A stretch of DNA of 64,000 nucleotides from Fistulifera solaris (Eukaryota): NCBI GenBank assembly GCA_030295235.1, contig AP026162.1, positions 310,001-374,000 of the forward strand, given 5' to 3'. Below, piece after piece: positions 23,186-35,931 of this stretch. A program made the translations under genes and the position numbers. A model generated the notes under the pieces. That model saw only the letters and a list, made by a program, of their open reading frames with translations. It did not search any database and was not told the DNA's origin. Numbering within the stretch: the stretch's first letter is position 1; each line of letters opens with the position of its first letter.

Positions 23186-23949
23186 TAGATCTACTTTTCT
23201 TTCAGAATGCGAGTAAACTTCAAAGGTAACACTGGCTGTTTTGTTTTGGAGCATTCGTTGAAGGGTGAAGAAATAAGTGCAAAATGGGTTGCCAAATAAA
23301 TACTCCGTAAGTAGTTAACGCGCTCCGTCCGGAAGCAGATGGCAAAAGCGTTAAAAGTGCTCCGAGAAAGGGGCGGCCCGCGTTCATGAAAGGGAGAAAT
23401 GACACGTGACAATAGCCGCTCGGCGCACAACGGAAAAAGTCTCATAAGATTATATAGGATGCTTTCTGAAGGAACATCAATCACGGATCGGTATGGATGT
23501 GCCAATTCACCCATGGGCTATGATGAAAAAAGTACTGCTGTAAAGAAAAGGTGCGCCAAAGCACGGTTTCGGATCATTGGATCTTCAATCGATCGTATTA
23601 AAACTACTCTTCACTACACACTACTTTATCATTGGTGGAAATTTCGCATGACTGGTGCAACAGTTGGCTGTTGGTACAACAAGAGACTATACTGATGACA
23701 CTGTTCGAAACTCCCTCCAAAATATGCAGACGGAAACGGCGAACCAGCCGTCTGCCGAAAGACGGACACCTTCGTCTGTCCGACCGACCCCCGACCTCGA
23801 CAACATCATGACAATAAACAATCAAGCGAGAGAGATATCAAGGACCATAAACAATAACGCACATCAGCAATTGCTTCCTTTAGTCTAGTCTACGGAAGGA
23901 AAACAAAACAAAAAAGCCAGAAAAATAAGTCTACAAAGTATTTTGAAAG

Positions 23950-25148
23950 ATGACGCAACCAAAGCGCTATATTTTCACGGACAGGGACATGGAACACTTT
24001 TTGCAATCGCCCACCAAGGCCGAACTTTTGAAAGTGACCGCAGCCATGGGGAAGTCTTGTGCGAATCCAGAGTGTTCCAGCTTTGAGTACGATCCTTCTT
24101 CTCCTTTGACAGGACTATCACCAGCGATGGCATCTTTGCACGGATCGCTTGCAGCTATGGAGACCTGGTTGGACGACTTTCCGCCGCAACAAACGGAACA
24201 CATACGATTCGGAAACCCTGCTTTTCGCGAATGGCACGAGAGATTAGTGCAGAGATCTAGCTCTATTGCGTGGGCAGCGTTACAAGCTATGAAATCACAT
24301 CCCGGTCATCAAGATTACGGTGACATTATCTTGTCGCTGGCGTGCGAAACGGGGAAAGAAGCAGCTGGCAATGTTTTAGACGAAACGAGTTTGAATGCAG
24401 AAGATAGAGCTGTAGTTGAAGAATTGAGCGCATACTTGCAAGCTGCATTTGGACATCCCATTCGCCTTGATTATGGTACGGGACATGAGTGCTCGTTTCA
24501 AGTTTTCCTATTCGCGATTTGTAAACTCGGTGGCTTTGGGTCGACTCCGTCCGAGCCCCCGACGGCTCACCGATTGAAAGCCGTCACACTGTCGATTTGG
24601 AGTGCTTATTTACGAGTGACGCGGAGGTTACAAACAGATTACATGCTTGAACCAGCAGGGAGTCATGGTGTTTGGGGTCTAGACGATTATCATTGTTTAC
24701 CCTTCTTTTCGGTGCCTGTCAACTTGAACAACACAGCGATGAGTATACACCCAAATCAATCCACGACGATAGTGTTCTGTGGAAAGAAGGAGACCGCTTT
24801 CTGTACTTTGGCTGCATTCGTTATATTAAGTCTCTCAAGAAGGGAGTTCCGTTTTTTGAGAGCTCTCCCATGTTGAACGACATCAGCCACTTAAATAGCT
24901 GGGAGAAAGTAGCGTCGGGATTACTGCGACTCTTCGAAGGTGAAGTTTTGAAGAAACGACAAGTTGTTCAGCATTTCGTCTTTGGAGATATCTTTAAGGC
25001 CAACTGGACGCCAAGCGATACGCCCCGAATGGCGCCAGAGGAAACGTTTCGGACCGATCCGGGTTTACCTACCATGGCTCGTGCTCCATGGGCCACCAAT
25101 CAGTCTTCCAGCAATCTACCGTCTACCAAAGCGCCCTGGGCGAAATAG
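23950..25148 (+). CDS. PTPA: PP2A phosphatase activator (PTPA/Rrd1-2); indel near 24705
   Basis: RFGNPAFREW, FGHPIRLDYGTGHE, YMLEPAGSHGVWGLDDY, F.ESSPMLNDIS...WEKV..GL...EVL.K..VVQHF.FG. Confidence 0.93.
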
Positions 25149-25163
25149 GTTAACCCTGATTCT

Positions 25164-27835
25164 TCAGTCTCGGATCCGAAGGTTCTTTGGATCGTAAAAT
25201 GATTTTAATGAAAGCTCGCACGGGTAGAATTGATTCCCAACCTCAACTTCCCAGCTCCCCTCTTTGACAAATGATTCTGTTATGGGTTCTACATGTTGCA
25301 ACATAGCCAGGCCAATCGATCCTCTGAGCGTATGTCCATAGGACGCGGCGCGGATATCAGCGATCCGAACGCCGTCCCTCCATAGAATTTCTCCGTGGTG
25401 TAACATAACATCTTCATCTAGGCACAATACACTCGCCAATCTCCGTTTGAGTCCACCATCTCGTTTGGCCTGATTTCTGTGATCTATAACGTAATCTTGA
25501 CCGATAAATGGCTCTTTTTAGTAAAGTCACACGTAAAGCCCAGACCACATTCTAAAAGGCTATCACCGTTATCCATATCATGACCGTAGTCACGATATCC
25601 CTTTTCCTGCATTGATGATAAGCAAGACGTTAGTTTGTATCAGTTCAAATCATAAGCAATTGTACTCACAAGACGGAGGCTTCCCAAAGCTTTAAGACCA
25701 GCGTGTCGTAGATCATGTGCATCACCAGCTTGAACTATTTGATGGTAAACTTGTCTAGCCTGTTCCACAGGAACAAAAAGCTCGTACCCCAACTCTCCGA
25801 CATACGTTATTCGTGCACACATCGCTCTTGCTAGACCAATGTCTATCTCCTGCACATCCCGAAATGCGAGCGAATGGAGATCTTTATCGGTCAAACCCTG
25901 AAGCAAATCACGTGATTTGGGTCCTTGAACGTTGATCTGCGCAAACCTAGCCGTGACGTCCGTCAGGAAAATATGGTCGGTCCGAGTCAACCTTTTCTGC
26001 ATGTGATTAATCACCTGATTGTGCATGTTATCTGTTGCCACTACCATGAAGTTATTCTCATCGATTTTTATTATAGTCAAGTCAGCTGCCATGAATCCTT
26101 TCTCCGTAAGCCATTGAGTATACGTAATACGACCGGACGGTCCATTCACATTGGCAGTGGAAAGCCGATTCAAGAATGTACCAGCGTCGTTTCCTGAGAC
26201 AAGTATTTTTGTCATAAAGCTCATATCAAACAAAGCTACATCGTTTCGACACGATTTGTGCTCAGCAGCCCAATAATCAAACCAACTTTCCCTTCCAAAG
26301 CTCTCTCGCTCCACCTTCGGAAGCACGCCCTCCGGTGCATACCACATGGGAGATTCCCATCCACCCACATCTTTGAAATATGCGTTGCGGCGTTTCAAAC
26401 AGTCATGTAACGCAGACTGTTTTGCGCCGCGGCAAGTCTTAGGTTGGTGATTCGGATAATGAACCCGATATGTATTGCCGAGCGCTTCACCGACACGTTT
26501 CTCTCTATATTCTTTGTTGTTCTGATACCGATGAAACCGCACTGCATCAATGCCAGTCACATCCACATTGTTTGGCGCACATCCATCTTTGACCCAGTGG
26601 GCTAAAATATGTCCAACTCCACCACCAGTAAGGATTCCGAGAGAATTCAAGCCACACGCCACGAAATAGTTTCGGAATTCTTTGGATTCGCCGATGATGG
26701 GTGCATTGTCGGGCGTGAACGACTCTGGACCACAGAACAGTTTCTTGATTCCCACATGTTGAACAGCGGGTACCAATTCCATAGCCTTTTCAATATACGG
26801 AGCCATACGATCCCAATCTGGTTCAATTTCTCCAAAATGGAAATCGTTGGGTATTCCTTCCCCTTTCCACGATTCTCCTTTGCCCTCGAACAAACCGAGC
26901 ATCAACCCCTGTCCCTCAGGTCGAACATAGACATAGCGACTCGCATCTTCAATGACGGGCCAATTGGGATCGACTCCTTCCATCGGTTCCGTGATGAGAT
27001 AATAGTGCTCCGCTGCTTGATTGGGTATGGAATGAACACCGCAAGCCTCGGCGAATTGTCGTGCCCACATGCCCGCGCAATTGACTACCTTATCGGCCTG
27101 TATGCACGAACCATCTGCTAAGGTCACACCCGCAATGGAAGGCAAGAAGGCACCCGACGATAGGGTCGTTTTGACTCCGGTCACACTGATTCCTTCGCGA
27201 ACGGTGACTCCATTTTGTCGGGCTCCCCGTGCGAATGCCATCGTCGCATCGGTGGGATTGGCTCTTCCATCAGATTCGACATAAAAGCCCGCGAGTACAG
27301 TGGATATATCACACAGTGGAAATCGATCTTTCACTTCTTCGGGGGTAATTTCTTGAACCTGGACTCCACAATACCGATTAAAGGCCGCCGTCCGACGGTA
27401 CGCTTCGAGTCGATCTTGATCACACGCCAATTCGATAAATCCAATTTCTTTCCATCCGGTTGACAATCCCGTTTCCTCCGGTAATATATGTTTGTACAAG
27501 TCTTTCGTATATTGTCGCATCCATGTCGAAGTGGAACTCATGGAACCAAAGGTGTTGATTAAACCGGCCGCGTGCCATGTCGTTCCGGACGTCAATCGAT
27601 GTTGTTCCAACAATAATACATCCTCCACTCCCAATTTGGCCAAATGATAGGCAACGGATGTTCCGATGATCCCTCCACCAATGACAATGACATGGGCTTT
27701 TTCGGGTAACGAAGTGTCGCTAGTAGACGTTGTCAGCGAATAAGCCAATCCTTGTTTTCTGTAATCACAAAAGGAGAGCTGTTTGGTAGAACGACCTATT
27801 GCTATCCTCCGAATGCTATGTATGATTCTTCGCAT
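25164..27835 (-). CDS. Mitochondrial sarcosine/dimethylglycine dehydrogenase (FAD-DAO + GcvT); intron 25607-25669; indel near 25515
   Basis: Arg-rich presequence; VIGGGIIGTSVAYHL; LTSGTTWHAAG (FAD-linked His motif); GPESFTPD; ITYVGELGYEL; SLRL|EKGY; YDPKNLRIR. Confidence 0.92.
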
Positions 27836-28400
27836 GACTGCAATATGAAGTGTCGAGTAGGTAACGGAAACAGAGATTTAGAATCGTTCTAACGTTTACA
27901 AAGGGGGATCGAAAAGAAGTTAAAGTGGTTTGTTACGTATCTCGTATCTGCATCAAAAAAAACAAAAGAAGAAAAGTGAAGTCGTCCCGCTACTATACAT
28001 TTAACTGTAGATGACCAATTTCGGCAAGACTGCAATTCAGTCATGAATCATAAACCATGAACCTATGCAGCACGCATCATACCCCGAAAACCAATAAGGA
28101 GTAATAATCTACTCCGTATGGTTTGGCCTTATTAATCACCAGGTATTGTTTTGTAACTCGCGAAGCTACGCCTGTCTGAGTTGCCTTTTGTTCTTTACTG
28201 ACTGCTTTGTTGAACAAAGTTATTGACAAAGGAGACGAAACGATTGCTGCCCATTAAAGAAAAACGCTTGTTGGGTGGAGCCTCTCTGTTTGTCGTCCAG
28301 CAACACTACGCGGATCAGCATTTTCACACCGCTACTAGAGGCATACCTTAGCACTTGCGAGTTCTTTCGCTTGTCACTCATTTTCGAAAAATAATACATC

Positions 28401-28808
28401 ATGGCAGATTGGTGTAGTAAAATCAGTTTCTTTGCGTGGATTTCGGGGGACTCCACCGACGGAAAGAATCAGCAGCAGCCTTCCAACAACAAAGCGAGTA
28501 GGAAGAATCATCATGCGAATTCCGAGCGGCCCGCGGATGTGAACAAGTGGAATACCGACGAAACTACGCAACACAGGCAACCATCGCAACCGCGTGATAC
28601 ACTATGTCGCTCCTTCAGCAAATACTCCAAGAATGAAAACACAATATACTTTCACAAAGCCTCGGGGACAAATTTTGAAGCGAAAGTTGTGGGAGTTCAC
28701 TTTGATGACGATCCCGAGAATCCGTATTACACCATCCAGTATACAGCCCAGGATGGAGAAAAGGTGGAACGTCAAACGACGGAAGATCGATTGCTGCCTG
28801 TGGAATGA
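28401..28808 (+). CDS. Small hypothetical protein with a C-terminal SH3/Tudor-like beta module
   Basis: 135-aa ORF; AKVVGVHFDDDPENPYYTIQY...ERQT...RL pattern. Confidence 0.55.
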   Translation: MADWCSKISFFAWISGDSTDGKNQQQPSNNKASRKNHHANSERPADVNKWNTDETTQHRQPSQPRDTLCRSFSKYSKNENTIYFHKASGTNFEAKVVGVHFDDDPENPYYTIQYTAQDGEKVERQTTEDRLLPVE

Positions 28809-30089
28809 GACAACTATTTTCAAAGAGAAAGAAATGCTCAAAACTCTGTTAACCCATTGCGTTTCGTCTCAAGTGACCGACAGGCATCTGGAAATAGTCC
28901 TCTATAGATGGCCTTAGCTTGGCAGTTTTGCTGATGGATTAGATCAATGTGCTGTGTGTGCGTCTGCTGGAGAGAGAAGAGAGAGGGAGAGAGGAAGACG
29001 ACACAATGGAAACGAGTGCGGTGGATACGGATACCTTACCTCCCTGTCGACACCTTGTCAGAAACAAAGCGGCAAGAAGGGATAGGTACAAAGATGAAAG
29101 CGGATAAAAATCGATCAAAAATGTACAAGTCATACATAGTATTATGTTATTATCCGGATTGTCTAGTCGCGAGACTACAATAGATACTACTACTGAAGCC
29201 GCTGCCATTCGATTGAAGACCAATCGACATTATCCATTGCACCGACTTGATACTTAAGCTCTTTACCCATCAAAGTGGTATCAAAAGAACAATCACGCAT
29301 GCAGTTAACAAATCATTCATTCCTAAAGTCTCTCAGAGTTTGCATTGCTTGGTCCCCAAAGAAAGTGCAATTGATGAAATTTCTTATTTTCAGGAGACAA
29401 GTTAGATCCTTTAACACTTCCACATTCTGGACCCTTTGCCGCGTGAATGTTAGTCAATCGAATCTATCATCTTTCAAACGTAGGCTCGTAATTTTCTGAG
29501 TTAGAAAAACACATTTTTACCTACTTGATTGCGGTATTGATCGATGTCCTTTCTGATAAACATTACGCAACAACAGGTAGTCCCAGTAGAATCCTACGGT
29601 TCGATCAAAGCGGTGATTACGATTAAGTCGATGTAGCTTCTAGCGGCTACGAAAGACATCTAGGAGGGACAACGGCCACCGGAAACCGGAAACTTGTTTC
29701 GTTTGTGAACACCCGGAGCCCGGAGCCCGGAAAGACACATTTTTACAAGTGCCTACTTTCATGCTCGCGAAGATAATTAGTATTTTGCAATAGTCGGAAT
29801 TTGGAATCATTATTGGGGGGAAGGCATCATCTAGACATCTATTCGCGTAGTCAAAAGTCAAACAACTAAAGAGGTATTGTTAAATGTTAAATAACAACAA
29901 TCAACTAACCGCCAACCGCCAGCTGACTTCTAACTTCTGTAACATATCATCATCAAAACATTTATAGTAATTAAGTTCCTCATTACCATCAAAAATCAAA
30001 AATAAAAGAGATATCATGAAACAGAACTATCAAATAATTATCAAGCGAACCGGAACCGGAACGCCGTAGACAGAAGACAGAAATAATAT

Positions 30090-30225
30090 TACACCAGACA
30101 CCAGACTCACCAGACCCAGCACCAGGTTCCTGATACCATCAGGTTCCGGATACCATCAGGTCCCGGGTACAGTACCAGGTACAAGTACCTCTACTGTACC
30201 AGGTACCGTACTGGTCCCAGTATAG
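30090..30225. repeat. Low-complexity ACCAG/GTACCAGGTAC-rich tract upstream of the Cys-rich gene
   Basis: ACCAGAC x3, GATACCATCAGGT x2 and TACCAGGTA x2 (30173, 30197). Confidence 0.6.
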
Positions 30226-30409
30226 TTCGACGGGCTCTAGAATACCGCAATACAATACGGTATAATACCAGTATTCCCAGTTCTGAACGCACGAATCATC
30301 ATCACATCACAAAACCATCGAACCAACGATTTCGTCAAGATCTCATAAAAACGAACATTCCAAAAAAGTGAACAGAATTCTCTTCCCTAACTTAACAAAA
30401 AAATTTATC

Positions 30410-31765
30410 ATGAAGATCGGTTTCATCGGATGGGTTGCCCTTGTGACGGGCGTTTCGATGGTGCAAGCTCAGTTGAAGCTTCGCTCAACCTTGCCTCGCA
30501 GTCACCGCATGCAAACCTCTCCAACGTTGACTACTACTGCTGCTGCTGCTGCTACTACTACTACTACTCTTCCCCATCCTCCTTCTTCGGAACGCTGGCT
30601 CGCTGGTTGTGAATGCGGAGGAGGAGGAGGAGGCGGCGGTGGTGGAAGTAGTTCCAATGAAGACGCCGCTAATTGCCCCGATAGGGATGTCTGTTCAGCG
30701 GACGCAGCGGTTCAGGTTATGGAAGCAAAGATCCAGACCTCAAACTTGTGCACTTGCATCCCTTGCGCAGGAGGCTACACAATGACAATGGGCTGCCACA
30801 CGTGCTCAACATGCATTGGCAGAACCTGCTTTGTTGTTACAATGGGCGAGGGCTACTACATGGATGGCAATCAAGACTTGACTGCTGCGTCCTTCTTTGT
30901 CAATGTCGAGTCGACCGGAGCGACCAGTGCTTCGAACAATGTCTTGGCGGAAACGCAATTTATGGAAAGGACCAATGGTCAGATCGTGGAAGTCACTGAT
31001 GCCGACAACTGTAGAGTAACCATTGATGGCACCACCTGCAACTCCTGCTTGGGGCTATTTTCGGAAAACAGTAGCTTCGAGATCGACTGCAGCAACATTG
31101 CGCAGGATTACGTCTGGAGTTACACCGACAGCGAAGTCATTACCTCCGATTCGACACACCCTTTGTATGCGCTGTTCGTCTCGACTGGTGAGTGTGCGCA
31201 GCCCGACAATGACGACGACCGTCCCGGTGACCCCGGTATCAACGGCCCTGGGCAGTGCGAACCATACGGCAGCTGCAGCATCTATCAGGATCTCATCGAT
31301 GAGATTTATCCAGGCTTAGACTGCTCTTGTGCCGAATGCACCAATGGCTTTTATATCACCTGTACAGTGTGTGACGGATGTTTGGATGATTACTGCGTAA
31401 TCTCGCGAGAAGCAAAGGAATTTGTCGCCGACCCCAACGTCGAGGGCAAATTTACGGAAACCCTTTCAATTATCCACGTGACCTCATCGGGAAGTCAAAG
31501 TGCGTCGAATGAAGTCCAAGCGGAATACCGTTACATCGATGAGAGCTGTCACGTGGCGATAGATGACACGCTCTGTTCCAGTTGCTCGGATCTATTTGAA
31601 GTTTCCAACGGCTGCTTTGCCCTTGATTGCAGCAACGTTCAATCCGGATACAAATGGACTTGCAATGATTCCGACTTGATCAAATCGGATAGCAGTCATC
31701 CTTTGCATGCAATCTTTATGAAGTCGACTTACTGTGAGATGTTAGCAGGCGCTGGTGAGCCGTGA
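30410..31765 (+). CDS. Secreted Cys-rich protein with two tandem ~150-aa repeats
   Basis: Signal peptide MKIGFIGWVALVTGVSMVQA; poly-T/A/G tracts; ERWL (RxL-like processing site); duplicated module CxC..C...CxxC..C...C...SASN...CxVxIDxTxCxSC...DCSN....W...SDSxHPLxAxF. Confidence 0.8.
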   Translation: MKIGFIGWVALVTGVSMVQAQLKLRSTLPRSHRMQTSPTLTTTAAAAATTTTTLPHPPSSERWLAGCECGGGGGGGGGGSSSNEDAANCPDRDVCSADAAVQVMEAKIQTSNLCTCIPCAGGYTMTMGCHTCSTCIGRTCFVVTMGEGYYMDGNQDLTAASFFVNVESTGATSASNNVLAETQFMERTNGQIVEVTDADNCRVTIDGTTCNSCLGLFSENSSFEIDCSNIAQDYVWSYTDSEVITSDSTHPLYALFVSTGECAQPDNDDDRPGDPGINGPGQCEPYGSCSIYQDLIDEIYPGLDCSCAECTNGFYITCTVCDGCLDDYCVISREAKEFVADPNVEGKFTETLSIIHVTSSGSQSASNEVQAEYRYIDESCHVAIDDTLCSSCSDLFEVSNGCFALDCSNVQSGYKWTCNDSDLIKSDSSHPLHAIFMKSTYCEMLAGAGEP

Positions 31766-31962
31766 GCCCGTCACCGTCAACGTGCCAGATTCCTTTCTCC
31801 ATTTGGTGACCGACTGACAGACGGACGAGAAAACAAGAGCGAGGCGCCGCATCGAGAATAAAAAAATAATAAGATCAGCGTTACAAGGGTACGGAGTATT
31901 TTTTTGTTTATTTTCACTTTACTCGCACAATCAAAGAATCTAGTCTACTTTTGCTCGAAACA

Positions 31963-34900
31963 ATGTCAACGATCTTGTCAAGGAAGTTGTTGACAAGACA
32001 CTTCGCTCGCTCAGTCCGGAGAGTACTGACAATCCATAAGAGTCAACAATTATCCTCCCTTCGTCTCTACAATCCTCTCGTACGACCATGGCAGATAGGG
32101 GAAACGGTCTCGCAATGACACCCTGCATTGGCGATGTTTGAGCAGCTCGGCAACGAGTACCTCGTTCGATGACACAGACGACGATCGATCCATAGAATCA
32201 CAATATTTACGAAAAACACCTCTCGAGCATGTTTTACTGCGCCCCGGAATGTATGTGGGTCCGAATGAACGGCTCCCTCCTCAATCGTTCTGGGTTTTGG
32301 ATCCTCCCTTGCCGCTTCCGGAAGAGCCATCTTCATTAGAAACGACATCGTTTCGTTTTATCAAAAGGATATCGCAATCGTCCCTGCTTTGGTCAAAGTA
32401 TTCGATGAAATACTCGTCAATGCTTCAGACAATCGATTGCGACATCCGAAAAAGTTGTTCACGGATTGATGTCATCATTCAACCCGGTTCCGACACGAAA
32501 GATCCTTTCATTTCAATCTACAATGACGGAAAAGGGATTCCCATTCAAATTCATAAGAAAGAAAACATGTATTTACCCGAAATGCTGTTTGGGCATCTAT
32601 TGACGGGGTCTAATTTCAATGATGACGAAAAACGAATAACCGGTGGCCGACACGGATACGGTGCGAAATTGACCAATATCTTTGCCCAACAATTCACGGT
32701 GGAAACAGCGGATACCAAGAGAGGGCTGTGTTACCGTCAAACGTGGTGGGAGAATATGACTCGGGCATCTGAGCCTATCATTACGAAGTGGAATGAAGAT
32801 ACGGACTTTACACGCATTTCCTTTGTTCCGGATTTACCTCGATTGACCGGTGACAAACACGCCAATTCCATTTCCGCCGAAGATTATAGTCTCATGTGTC
32901 GACGAGTAGTAGATGTTGCGGGATGTGCAGCAGATAAACTCACTGTCACGTTGAACGGAAAAGATGTATCGATGCCGTCGTTTGCGCATTTTGTCGAATT
33001 GCACCGCAAGCCATCATCCCCACCCCTCATACATCACAACATGAATCCGCGATGGAAAGTATCGGTCGGACTTTCGGATACTGGCTCGTTTGAATCGGTT
33101 TCGTTTGTCAACGGAATGGCGACACATCGTGGTGGAACTCATATCAACGCTTTGGTGCAACAGATTTCTAGAAAGATTCAAGAAAAAGTGGAAAAGCTCG
33201 ATCCTCAGCTGGCGAAACTGATATCCCATGGTCTCATTCGACGGCATTTGTTCGTCGCGTGTGATGCTTTGATTGAAAATCCCACATTTGATTCGCAAAT
33301 GAAAGAATATTTGACCTCCAGTCCAACGAATTTCGGAAGTTCGTATTCTTTGACGCAAAAGCTTCTCAATGATCTTGTCAAGCCGGAAGATCAAGGTGGA
33401 CCTGGTATCGTGGAAGATGTTCTCCGCGTTGCCAGTGGAAGACAGCAAGCGAATCTGGTTAAAGAACTCACGTCGAAAAAGTCAAAACGACAACTGCTGT
33501 CGATACCGAAATTGGAAGAAGCGCATCAGGCTGGATCCGAGAGTGGGTGGGATTGCACATTGATTTTGACAGAGGGAGATTCGGCAAAAGCTCTGGCAGT
33601 TGCGGGCTTGGAAGTCATTGGACGGGAGCGGTTCGGTGTTTTTCCTTTGCGAGGAAAGTTCTTGAATGTAAGAGACGCATCGGTGACGCAGCTCACCAAC
33701 AATGCAGAAGTCAAGGCTCTGTGTTCTATTCTGGGTTTAGACTTCGATAAAAAGTACGATACTTTGGAAGAAAGACGGGAACTGCGATACGGTAGGGTTA
33801 TGCTGATGGTCGATCAGGATCAAGGTCAGTGATTTCGTGCGCACTCCAGTTCGATTCTGATTATACATCATTCAACTGACCATCTGCTTTATGCTAGATG
33901 GATCTCATATAAAAGGTCTTGTGATCAATTTCTTTCGATACTTTTGGCCTGGTCTGCTTCGACCGCCTGTCGACCAATCCATGGAAGAGGCCAACGAGAA
34001 TCCCCCCTTTCTTTCTGCTTTCGTTACCCCACTGTTAAAGGCAAGTCGCAAAGGAGCGAAAGGTGAATTGGCTTTTTATTCCATGGCCGAATACAATGCA
34101 TGGCGAGACTCCATTGATCCTTCAGAACTCAAGAAGTATCGCATAAAGTACTACAAAGGTTTGGGAACTAGTACGACCGAAGAGGCACGAGGGTACTTCG
34201 CGGCTTTTGATGACCATATTCGTCCTTTTAAATGGACATCGGATGCTGATGGCGATCTTCTCGATATGGTTTTTGATAAGAATAGCGCTGCTGCACGTCG
34301 TCAATGGATTTTAGACACGTATGATGAAACCAGTTCGCTAGAGATCAATCCGGAAGATGGGAATGCCGTTGGCTATGACGATTTCATCAACAAAGAGCTA
34401 GTTCACTTTTCGCATGCAGATAACATCAGAAGCATCCCTAGTGCCATCGATGGTCTCAAACCGTCGCAAAGAAAAGTCTTGTACGCTTGTTTTAAGCGCA
34501 AACTAACAGCTGAGATGAAAGTTGCACAGTTGGCTGGATATTGCGCAGAACAAACTGCTTACCATCACGGTGAAGCTTCTCTTCAGTCCACAAGTACGTA
34601 TTACAGCGATGGCCTAGAAAGTTGCTAATTATGGCGCATCTAACAATGCTGTGAAATCCACAGTTATCGGCATGGCCCACGACTTTGTTGGATCCAACAA
34701 TATCAACCTTTTGATCCCATCGGGACAGTTCGGAACTCGCATGACTGGAGGAGCTGATGCTGCATCTCCTCGTTATATCTTCACATATTTGTCACCGCTC
34801 GCGCGTCTCATATTTCCCGAAGCAGATGATGCTCTTTTACGCTACCGTGAGGATGATGGACAGCAAGTCGAACCGGAGTATTTTGTACCTATTATACCGC

Positions 34901-35889
34901 TCCTTGCTGTGAATGGAAGTCAAGGTATTGGAACCGGCTGGAGTACGTTTATTCCACCTCACAACCCAATGAATGTGGTTGACTATATCCGTCACAAAAT
35001 CGACAAGACAGAGGACAAAGGGATGAACGATGTGCCGGTTATCCGTCCTTATGCGCGAGGTTTCTCTGGGGAGATCCGAGAAACGTCCAATGGCTTCGTG
35101 ACGACAGGAAAGGTACATCCGATTTCTAAAAACTCAGTGATTATTGAAGAGCTTCCTTTGCGTTGCTGGACAAGCACATACAAGGACCAGCTTATCAAAA
35201 TGCGAAACCAGGGTGACATACTTGGATTTGTCGAAAATCACACCACTACCAAAGTATCGGTGACCGTCGATCTCCAAGCAGCCAAACTTACAAGGTTCAT
35301 TAGCGCTGGTCTTGAGAGTGCGTTTAGGCTTGAAACAAAGCTTCCAACCACCAATATGAATGCATTTAACGTGAACGGTGTAATGACGAAGTTTGAATCG
35401 GCCGCAAGTATTGCCGACGAATTTTTCCCTGTCCGACTCTCTCTGTACAACGACCGCAAATCCGTTTTAGAATCGGAGTTACGGTATGAGGCTACTATGC
35501 TTTCTAACAAAGCCAGATTTATTGAAGCAGTAGCCACTTCACAGCTCGATCTTGCCAACGGGAGAAAGCGAAAAGGAGATCTATTACTTGATGTTAAACG
35601 GTTAGGTTTCTTAAGTGATTTGGAGCTCCTAGCTATAAGATCCGACAATTCTGTGATGGAAAGACGTTTCAGCACAGAGCCCGAAAATGAATTGCCAAGT
35701 GAATCAAGCGACGGATACGACTATTTGCTTAACATGCCCCTGTCAAGTCTTACTTCAGAGCGTATTGCTGCTCTTAAGGATGAGGCCTCAAAGAAAGGCA
35801 AAGAGCTGGAGCAGTTAACCCAAACGGAACCGACAGATTTGTGGCGAACCGACTTGGACAGACTCGCTTCGCGCTTGGACAAGTACTAG
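31963..35889 (+). CDS. TOP2: Type IIA DNA topoisomerase, probably mitochondrion-targeted, lacking the long C-terminal domain; introns 33825-33897 and 34594-34663
   Basis: EHVLLRPGMYVG; FDEILVNA.DN (in an alternate frame at ~32365-32450); GRHGYGAKL; TEGDSA; PLRGK; DQD|DGSHIKGL; YYKGLGTS; DGLKPSQRK; AYHHGE; GQFGTR..GG.DAASPRY (catalytic Tyr). Arg-rich leader from ATG 31963 ending ...WRCLSS. Confidence 0.93.
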
Positions 35890-35931
35890 CGAATCCTATA
35901 AAGTCCTCCTTTCCCTTTGGTGTTCGATATT

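Noticed and set aside
23655..23888. 77-aa ORF upstream of PTPA
   Set aside because: Short, no motif and no splice link to PTPA; at most a uORF.
29590..29610. tRNA T-loop-like GGTTCGA
   Set aside because: No T-stem or cloverleaf can be built; I recognised no tRNA, rRNA or spliceosomal snRNA in the window.
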